DNA from: Amoebidium appalachense | Taxonomy: Eukaryota; Protista; Ichthyosporea | Assembly (NCBI GenBank): GCA_963693365.1 | Contig: CAVNZM010000008.1 | Coordinates: 1,922,001 to 1,986,000, forward strand | Direction: 5' to 3' | Length of the DNA: 64,000 nucleotides | Shown: positions 54,202-64,000 of the stretch, piece after piece | How positions within the stretch are numbered: position 1 is the stretch's first letter | How the letters are laid out: each line of letters starts with the position of its first letter | Position numbers and translations under genes: made by a program | Notes under the pieces: generated by a model | Told to the model about the DNA's origin: nothing | The model's input: only the letters and a program-made list of their open reading frames with translations | Database searches by the model: none

Positions 54202-54233
<32 letters not shown>

Positions 54234-55677
54234 GGCGAAGCTTCCCTCCACCACTCACCCACCACTTGGCAAACCAGCACCACCCCCACACTCCCTCTCA
54301 CTAGTCACTTCACTAATAGTACGTGATCACCTAAACCCGAATCCCAATCCTTCCCCTCTTGTGTATTCTGCACAATGTTAAAAAATTCTAAAACCGAATT
54401 CCCTCCCAGGTGTTGGTATTGGCCTTAACAATGCCACAGACAAGTATTTGGGCGATTTCAATTGGCTCTCCCACACGTGGACGCACCAGCAACTTGATTG
54501 GCTGAATCCTTCCGACTGCAACGGTACTGCCAACAAGTGCCAGCCCACCGCCAACCGTGTCAATGCGGAACTCCTAGCCAATCAGATGCTTGCAGTGGGC
54601 CAAGAGGTCGACGCCGCTTCTTTGGACCCCGCATACCAGTGGCACATAAAAACCCCCGCTGGGCACATGTTTTACAACCAGCCCAAGCTTGCCGACGAGC
54701 ACTATTCGCCCGAATGCGTTATCACGCCGGAAATTTCGGGGCTCTATCCTGCAAGTTACAACATGTCGCGGTGGAATGGTAATGGTGGTTACCCTCGTCC
54801 CAGGGACACCGTTGCTATTCAGGGCATGTGGAATAGGGGTATTCGTGCTGTAGTCGGCGACAATTCGCGCTATGAGCTCATTTCGCCCGTATCCCCCCAC
54901 CACGGCGTCATTACAACCGTTGCTGAATATGGGCAGGGCGGTATTATAATTATTCCTCGGCACGCCGTTAACATTGCGTACAACGCAATGGATGAGGAGA
55001 CATACCTGAATTTCTACAACGGAAACAAGGTGTGTGGCTGGAGTTTTGGCCCTGCCTGCGAAAATCGCAACTACACTCTCGAAGAGGCACTAGAACGCCA
55101 GGCGCAGACGACGACCTATTTTTGGCTGCAGTATCGGGCCGACCCGTTTATGTTCCATCAAGCAAACCTGCATCACTTTAACCACGGCAACCGTACCGTG
55201 TCTCTTCTCACCTATTGGGTGGATCATACACTGGATGAATTGACGCGGTACGTCACTGGGTTGCCCGTCACCTCTCCACCAATGAAACGCCAGGCGGAGT
55301 TTTACCGCCAGCGAATGGCGCGCGACTTTTGCAACATTACCGCGAGCATGACGTTTGTTAACGGAACACCCGCCTCTGTTCTGATCAACTCGGCAAGTAA
55401 TTGCACGGCGCTTCTTACTGTGAGACGGGATAATGTGTTTGCGCAGGTCAATCTAACGGCCGCAAACACTGTGCCGGTGGCCAATCAAACAGTGGGACCC
55501 GATAACACTTATATGATTGGATTGAAGGGGAATGGTAAGGTGGCTTCTATTAATCTTATTGGTATGAGTAATCAGGAGGAGAGAGAGAGCGATGATTCGG
55601 CTGCGACCCTATTGGGCGGTTCTAGCCAATGGGCTGCTGTTGCTACTACTGTTGTCATGTTGGTGATTATGCTGTAA
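53133..55677 (+). CDS. Agd3-like carbohydrate esterase (CE18) polysaccharide deacetylase with signal peptide and probable GPI signal; 2 exons, 760 aa
   Basis: Exons 53133-54147 and 54410-55677. Motifs WITRGVYLGQRRLFLHMQVDDWF, WLSHTWTH, VVGDNSR, IIPRH and PFMFHQANL match the Agd3 family. The C-terminus is hydrophobic (..SAATLLGGSSQWAAVATTVVMLVIML). Confidence 0.88.
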
Positions 55678-56108
55678 ATACAAACTTAGTGTGCATATTG
55701 AAGTCATCTATCTCTGTTAAGCTTTTAAAAGAATAATATTATTGCTGCAAGCTCTTTTAAAGTGTTTTTTGTTGATTCAGAGTTACCGCGTATGTGCCTT
55801 TGTAAGTGCACACATCGAAGGGTACTGCTATGACTGTGTTTTGTAAATAAATCCTGAGATAACTGAAGACGAATTTTACGAGCCTCCCCCTCCCCCCCCC
55901 CCCCCCCCTCCCCTCTCCTCTTCTTCCCCCCCCCCCGACCCCCCCCCCCCCCCCTCCCCCACCCTGCCGGGGCTCTTTCCCCCCACGCTACCCCATTCCC
56001 CCTCCCCCTCCTGCCCATTTTGTGTGCACACAATTCACGCATTTCAGCGCCACTTTACATCACTTGACACCACAATTACATACGAGCTTGTGTCCGAGCC
56101 CCCCCCCT

Positions 56109-56139
<31 letters not shown>

Positions 56140-56188
56140 TCTCAAAAAAAAAAAAAAAAAAAAAAAAAAGCAAAAACAACAACAATAT

Positions 56189-56226
<38 letters not shown>

Positions 56227-56391
56227 AAGCAAATGTGCAAACCAAAGACCAGCATAAAGACACATATCGAAACACACACCACGGCTAATACGCTTGGGCC
56301 CCAAACCCGTTGTCCTTCTTGACGTGGCTGAAAATGACCATGAACAACCCCGCAATATGTTTCATGACCCTCCCCCCCCCCCTTCCCCGCT

Positions 56392-56491
<100 letters not shown>

Positions 56492-57499
56492 CACACGGAC
56501 ACGCACACACATTCCTAAAACAGTTACCCACCCGTTCGTTCACACCTCAATCCCCCACCCCCTACCTATGCAGGCATACATGCCATGAAACAACCCACCC
56601 CCCCCCCCCCCCCCCCCTTCCCCCGCCCCCCGCCCCTCTCTCTGGCTCTCGCACTTGGTTCCATTAGCACCGTCTCCCTTACCCGCCCAACAACCACACC
56701 TTTAAAACAGGCCACCGTCTATCCTCTCACCGTGTCTATCAGAGCATTTTTCACGTGATTTTCCAAGTACCTTTGGCTATTCAGGCCTTTTGCTCTGGTC
56801 ATTGTACTGAGTGTGAATACAGAATATCCCCCCCCCCCCCATCGGCCAACTTATGATGTATCAGCCATCAATCCCTCTCTGCCATCTGAATGTCTTAAAT
56901 AACACCTCCGGAAAAAACCTGAACGATGATTGTCCTCCTAACCCACTCCCCCCCCCCCCCCCTCCCCCTCCCGCCCTCCCTCCCCCCTGCCCTCCTGCCT
57001 CCCCCTTCATGGCTTTTGTTCCCTCCCCCCCCTCCCCCCCCCCCCCCCCCCCCCCTCCCCCCTCCCCCCGGGCCTTCCTGCTTCCCCATTTACTCCCCCC
57101 CCCCCCTCCCCCCTCCCCCCACCGCTCTTCCCCCTCTCCCTTCCTGCAACTATCCACACGCCCTCACCGCCTCACATCCATTTAATGCTCCCTATTAGCC
57201 GATACCATATTTAGAACTATCACTTTATGCACCTGCTCCCCGCTGAATTTCTCACTGGTGCTGCTCACCCACTGCCAACCCACCCTCCTCCCCCCCCAAC
57301 ACACACATACACAGGCAGATATACAGTTATCCTCTCCCTCGCTCACCTCTCCCCCCCCCCCCCCCTCCGCACACACAGACACGAGCACACATCGTGGCTC
57401 CGACTCTGCCCTCTTATCTCAGCTCCGTTCATTTGGTCAACCGAATACCTGCGCCCTTTGTGTTGTCGTAACCCTCCCCCCTCCCCCCTCCCCTCCCCC

Positions 57500-57555
<56 letters not shown>

Positions 57556-57818
57556 ACACACACACACACACACACACAAAAAAAAAAAGCACACACACCC
57601 AACACATCCCTTCTCCATTGCCGCGAAGTCCCAAAGGCTTCATCGCTTTTACCTCCTCCTGAATTAAACACTCTCGAAATGTCCTGGTCCCAAACTCCAA
57701 TGTCGTATCTCTCTCCCCCCCCCCCCCCCCCTCCTCCCCCTCTTCCGTTTCCCCCCTCCCCTCACCCCCCCCTCCCTCCCCCCTCCCCTCCCCCCCCCCC
57801 TCCCTCCCCCCACTCCCC

Positions 57819-57869
<51 letters not shown>

Positions 57870-57875
<6 letters not shown>

Positions 57876-58545
57876 GGGAAACCTTTGTCTTCACCTTAAA
57901 TTGTTGCCAGTCCCTGGTTTCTCCCATTTATGCCTGGTGAAACCTATCGATTGCCTCTTTTCTCAATACACTGTATATCCACCAGCTCAGATATCGAACG
58001 GTTCGAACATTTTACCCCTTCTCCCCCCCCCCCCCCCTCCCCCCCCCCTTGACTTTACCCCCGAAGCCTCCCTCCCTCTCCCCCCCCCCCTCTCTCCCTC
58101 TCCCCCCCCCCCCTCTCTCCCCCTCCCCCCCCCCCCCCCCCTCTCCCCCCGGGAAACTTTTGCCTCCACCTTAAATTGCTGCCAGTCCCTGGTTTCTACC
58201 ATTTATACCTGGTCAAACCTATCGATTGCCTCTTTTCTCAATACACTGTACATCCACCAGCTCAGATATCGAGCGGTTTGAACATTTTACCCCTCTCCCC
58301 CCCCCCCCCCCCCCCCCCTTGACTTTACCCCCGAAGCCTCCCTCCCTCTCCCCCCCCCCCTCTCTCCCTCCCCTCCCCCCCCCCCCCCCTCCCCCCGGGA
58401 AACTTTTGCCTCCACCTTGAATTGCTGCCAGTCCCTGGTTTCTACCATTTATGCCTGGTCAAACCTATCGATTGCCTCTTTTATCAATACATGTACATCC
58501 ACCAGCTCAGATATCGAGCGGTTCGAACATTTTACCCCCTCTCCC
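57870..58545. repeat. Tandem triplication of a ~145-bp unique core with poly(C) spacers
   Basis: gggaaac(c/t)tttg..caccttaaattgctgccagtccctggtttc..cctatcgattgcctcttt..ccaccagctcagatatcga..gaacattttacccc at ~57874, ~58150 and ~58396. Confidence 0.95.
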
Positions 58546-58759
58546 CCCCCCCCCCCCTCCCCCCCTAAACCCCCCCCCCCCTCGTCCCCCCTTACCTCCA
58601 ACCCCCCTCTCGTCCCCCCCTACCCCCCCCCTCCCCCCTGCCTCGCCCCCTTAGGGCCACTGCCGCTCGTCCTCTCCCCCCAATGCACACGCATACACCA
58701 TATTCAGATACCCCTTTCATCCACAACATATAAGGTAGATGCACAACAGATGTGGTTGC

Positions 58760-58808
<49 letters not shown>

Positions 58809-59399
58809 ACAGAGACCCTCTTCCTCCACTTTCCTTCCCCCTGTCTCTGGCTTGTGGGGCTCTCTTTCGCTCTTACTCTCTCTCTTCTCCCCCCCCCCCC
58901 CCCCCCCCTCCCCCTCCCCCTTCTTCCCTTCAAAATCCAGTCCTCCATCCCCCCCTTCCCCTCCTCCCCTCCCCTTCCCCCTTCCTCTTTCCCCCCCCAC
59001 CTCCCCCCTTTCCTCCCCTCCCTTCCTCGCCCCACCCCCCCACACACACACAAACCCACATATCTCTACCTGCATACACCCCCAAAACCCCTAGATTAAG
59101 CCTTGAAATGTTCTTTTTTTTTCAGTTTCTTAGAGCTAGAATAAACCTTCTGCTCCTTGACCGTACATGCTTGATTGAATATAATTATGATATGCGTGTC
59201 ATTTATTTGAGAGAATGGCATTCGAGTCGTGATCATTGCATGGGAGAAAAGGATCTTCCAAAATCTCCCCGAGTTCAGCATCAATTGCATTGGTGATCTA
59301 TGTGGGAAGTCTTATCCATATATAGGCATAGTGTGGCATATAGCCGACCAATCAGGTGCTTGTTGCCCTTCCAATGCCGGTCCCCTGTCACGTGTAAGC

Positions 59400-59437
<38 letters not shown>

Positions 59438-59726
59438 CCGGCGCCCGCCATTCGCAGAATCTAGATCCCTCGTATACAACAACCTTCTCTTCCTATTGGC
59501 TACTCTAATTAGCCCCTACCCTGTCCACGCTCTGCAAGTTTGAGCAGTGAACATATAGGAACAGACGTCAAACATTAGGTCGATGTTTCGCTGGGTGGCG
59601 TCAAATGACGTCGATTTCATCCTCCGGATCGTACTCCCCTTGTTCCTTGCTTCCCCTCCGACGACCCCCCCATCCCCCCCCCCCCCCCCCCCCCCTCCCC
59701 CTCGAGCTCCTCCCCCTCCCCCCCCT

Positions 59727-59763
<37 letters not shown>

Positions 59764-59927
59764 TTCCCCCCCTTCCTCCCTCGCCGAATCGTAAACGACT
59801 TTGGGACCCCACATCCCTCCAGGGCCTGTGCCACTCTCCTAGCTTTGAGCCTCCCTCTCGTCACTAATAATTGTCACTAATATCGCCTCGGATGCGTTTT
59901 CTTTTGGTTCCCCTCCACCACTACCCT

Positions 59928-59965
<38 letters not shown>

Positions 59966-60236
59966 CCTCCCAAATTCCCCCCCACCCACCCACCCACCCA
60001 CCCACCCAAAGCACGACCCACTGCTGCTACTTCCCGCCCCAGGCCACCAATCCCTTTACAAGTTCACACATATTTGCAGAGCTATGACGCATACGAACTG
60101 AGGAATGCAGCTTTCTGGCCTGCAGGCGAACGGTTGCATCCATGCACCGCATGGCATACACATATGGGTCCACAGGTACAATGCCTGGTGAACTCACGTC
60201 CAGTTGTGAAGTTCACCCGAAACCCCTCGGAGCCAG

Positions 60237-60287
<51 letters not shown>

Positions 60288-61816
60288 CCCCCCAGCTCCC
60301 ACCGGGAGTACACACACACGCACACACATGTACATATGCCTACCACCCCAGACTGAGTGGCCTCCCTCCTTTTTCTCTCCCAGAGCCTACCGGTTTCAAA
60401 AGACGATAATAAGGTACTTCATCAGGTTGGTTTCCATACTTGTACACACAAACACTTCTGGACGTCGGCACAACGAGAGTGTATCGACCGTAACTTTTGA
60501 TGACTTGAAGGTAGGGCCTGCCCACGACTTATATTGGCTCCACTTGCACCTGCACTGCAGCACACCTACATTGCCAAAGCACGTGCGTGCGCGTGTGGGT
60601 GAAAGGGTGTGACTGATTGTGCTACGCGTCAGTTGTAACAGTGAGTATGGTGCAATCCTTTCATGCACGTCTGGTGTTGTGTCTATGTCAACCTCAGCCT
60701 GTGTGTGTCGTGGTTTTCCTATGCGTGTCGTGGTTTTCTTATGTGTGTGGTTTTCTTTTGTGTGTCGTGGTTTGCGAAGTGTACGTGACATTGTGTGTGT
60801 ACGTGTGTGCGCACGTGTGTGTGTGTGTACGTGCAATGCACGAATGTTTGTGTGCTTTTGTAACGCTGTTCGTGTGTGTACCGATCACACAGTGCCCTGA
60901 TCTCCAGCCGGGGGGCTGCTGACGAGGGGAGGCAGCATAGTGCATAGCTTCAGTCTACTAAAAGTTTACCGATGATACAACATTATGGCCGCATGCATTA
61001 TGTGTTTTACAGATGCCCGTCCGACGCAATGCATGCATGTGCCCCCCCCCCCCCCCCCTTCTCTCCCTTTCTCTGCCCCGCCGAGGAGTTTTGATTTCCA
61101 CCGTGCGCAGGTGAACTCACAATTACACATACTCGCGTGTAAAATGTCACTTAGCAGAGCACAAACAGTAACACGTGCAATGCGATGCACACCGGCGATG
61201 GCCGGCACATGCATACAAGGAGGGTGGGAGGAGGGGGGGGGTGGTTCATGTGACTCATTCACCCAATTGAAAGGTCTATCTCAGTACTAGAGATAGTTTG
61301 TGCACGTGTGCATGTGTGTGTAACGTGGTAGGGAATGGGTAGCAAGTGCTTAGGGTTCATTTCTCGCACGGCAAATACATGAACTCGAACCTGGGGGAAA
61401 AAAGAGAAAAAGAACGGCGGATCGAAATTTCCCATGCATGTGGTCAAAATATAGCACTAAGAGCTTCATATGGCACAAAAAGGGAGCTAAGGTTCGTGAA
61501 TTATGAGAAAAGGGGACGGTACGCAACAACTACTTGCTGGCTAGAAATCAAATCAGTTGTAAAAAGTATACAAATCGTTCAAATAAAAACGGGACTAGGA
61601 CAACATATTACACACTATGGCTAATCCACATTGTTTATTATTTCTGTAAACGGGGAGATTATTACATGCAGCCGTGTTTTCTAAGCCATGCTATCCATTG
61701 CCCACATCCACCAATGAGATCGTCCCGATATGACGTCAGTTTACGCATGGACCAATCGGCAGCATCCAAATGGTCGGCAAAATCACATATGACGTCACTG
61801 GTGCTCTCTCAGCCAA

Positions 61817-62045
61817 TCAGCAGCACCCGCCCATGTTTGCAGTCTTGTCCGACTGGCCGTGCACGGTGCGGTAGGGGGCGTCCGTTTTAAAGGGCCCATA
61901 GTGGGTGGTGCCCGAACCATAAAAGGCAAAGTGGGGGGCAAAGCGCGTTTCTTTAAGCATGCGGTAGCTGTTGCGGTCCACCGGCGTCACCTTTCCAGCC
62001 GTGTACACGTTGTCGCTTTTTAAAGTACGTGTGTGTGTGTGTGTG

Positions 62046-62088
<43 letters not shown>

Positions 62089-62341
62089 AGAATGTGTTAT
62101 GCACTCGTGACAGAAAACACAACGTTAAGTGTAATGCACTTGGAGGGAGCGGGGGGAGGGCGATAGGGGGGTTTAAATGGGCTATAAAGTACGAGCGGGG
62201 GGAGGGGGATAGGGGGGTTTAAATGGGCTATAAAGTACGAGATAGGGGGGGGAGGGGGAGGGGACATGTGTGGCCAAACCATAGCCCCCACAACATGAAG
62301 AAGAAAGGAGTGGGGTGGTGGTGGTGGTGGTGAGCTGGGGG

Positions 62342-62376
<35 letters not shown>

Positions 62377-63257
62377 CACGGAGTAAGAAGTGGTAATGCC
62401 TATGGGATAGATTGGTGTAAGGTCCCCCCTCCCCCGTTCCCTCCCCCCCCCCCCCCACACACACACACCCACACACACACACCACCACCACCGCCACTGC
62501 ATGCAGGCACACATCTGAACGTACAAACAGGCACATCATTTTCCCGTTACCATTACCATGAAGGGGAAGGGGGGGTTTTGAATGCGTTAAAAAGTACGAA
62601 GTACACAAGAACAAACGGATAACACGATGCAGAATGCAAGCCATACATAAAGAGTATGCATAATAAGCAGAGCCCATCCTCAGGGGGGGCCCACGTCATC
62701 CACAGTACCCGAGTTTCGACCTATTCCCCTCGTTAACGAAACCCAACTCAGATACTGTTTCACTTGAACATGAGTAGGTCACCCGTCTTGATCAGAGACG
62801 AGCAGGGTTGCTTATGCAGGCAAGGGCAGTGGGAAAGGCCGGGGGTTAAAGTTGCAGCAGTAAGCAGAAGCAAGAAAAATATAGATAGGAACTCAGGAGA
62901 CGGGGCTTCTAGGAAGCTCCCCCGTCGATACCTAAGTCGATACTTCCCTGGGGGGGGGGGGGGGGGGGGGGTAGGAAGCGTTACGAATTAAGGGGTAAAC
63001 AACATGCAGAAATCTCATGGCATACATAAAGAATATGCATTATGAACACAGCCCGATCCTCAAGGGGGGGGGACCAAATTGGAGGGGAGAGGGGGGAGGT
63101 TGTCAACACACCAGTCGAGCTTGAATTCCTTGGGGCAGGACTCCACGGTACCCTGTAAGCCAACATCAAATGAGAACCATGTGCACTAAGCCCAAACTCG
63201 GCACGCACGAAGACACAAACACCATGTCATTGGAAGAAAAAAACCAAGTACAAACCA

Positions 63258-63290
<33 letters not shown>

Positions 63291-63383
63291 AAAAACAAAA
63301 ACAAAAAAAACACCCACACCACACACACACACACACACACGGGCGCGCACACACCCACACACACCCACACGCGGGCGCGCACA

Positions 63384-63418
<35 letters not shown>

Positions 63419-63766
63419 ATACCCACACACCCACACCCACACACGCACGCACGCACGCACACACACCCGCACCCATCTACCCAACCACACACACAACTCC
63501 ACGACACCACTACCAGCAGCAACACATAATAATGGTATCAATAATACTACCCTTCCTTCTTGTCTTTACTACTCTAGAAAGAAAAATTATAAACACTGCT
63601 TTCCAAACAGTCATGTATGACATAATAGGCATTCAAACTCATTGGATTTTAAAATCTTAAACTTTACCCACCTTGTATTCAACGGCATGACCATAATCCT
63701 CCTTCTGGCTGTCCAGGTCCGAAAGTTTGAACAGGCGGTAGGTGGCGGACCAGAAGCGGATGTGCC
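61817..63766 (-). CDS. Arsenite methyltransferase (ArsM/AS3MT-like), last three exons; the gene continues beyond the window
   Basis: Exons 63766-63672, 63152-63112 and 62015-61817 give HIRFWSATYRLFKL..EDYGHAVEYKGTVESCPKEFKLDCDNVYTAGKVTPVDRNSYRMLKETRFAPHFAFYG...THYGPF...GGCC*, the characteristic ArsM C-terminal region. Confidence 0.88.
62573..62825 (-). ncRNA. Putative structured intronic RNA / dispersed element, copy 2 (ArsM intron 63111-62016)
   Basis: Reverse complement reads ccttgcctgcataagcaaccctgctcgtctctgatcaagacggg..ggtcgaaactc..ccctgaggatgggctctgcttat..gtacttcgtact..cgcattcaaaacccc, homologous to 8912-9195. Confidence 0.55.
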
Positions 63767-63890
63767 CTGTGTGTGCGTGTGCGTGTGCGTGTGCGTGTGT
63801 GTGCATGTGAGTGAGAGTGAGAGTGAGAGTGCGTGCGTGTTTGTGTGTGTGTGCGTGCGTGGTGTACGAGTGTGTGTGTGTGTGTGTCTA

Positions 63891-63984
<94 letters not shown>

Positions 63985-64000
63985 CATGCATGCTCGTGCG

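Noticed and set aside
57870-58545. Repeat-spacer-like array
   Set aside because: The cores are ~145 bp and the spacers are themselves homologous poly(C) DNA; this is a simple tandem triplication.
60384-60560. TSGRRHNE..TFDDL as a tyrosine recombinase (Crypton) box
   Set aside because: The spacing fits poorly and no HxxR or Tyr box was found nearby.

Overview
Eukaryotic, intron-rich genomic window. The VPS18 is animal-like, so the source is probably an opisthokont, possibly a unicellular holozoan such as an ichthyosporean (inference only). Introns and intergenic DNA are saturated with C/G homopolymers and (CA)n/(GA)n microsatellites, so almost all ORFs in the supplied track are artefacts. Manual splicing gives: a 29-exon VPS18 (5' end not found), a 6-exon cationic amino-acid transporter, an intronless mucin-stalked trypsin plus its inverted pseudogene copy, an SLC52-like riboflavin transporter, a GPI-type Agd3/CE18 polysaccharide deacetylase, and the 3' part of an arsenite methyltransferase. 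Three DNA transposon derivatives have visible TIRs (PIF/Harbinger, pogo-like, hAT). The best new-system candidate is a ~250-285 nt element present in sense orientation in introns of two unrelated genes 54 kb apart (8912-9195 + and 62573-62825 -). It has compensatory base changes, a probable pseudoknot, a poly(C) 3' boundary and 5'-truncated extra copies. All assignments were made by eye from recalled motifs, without database searches.
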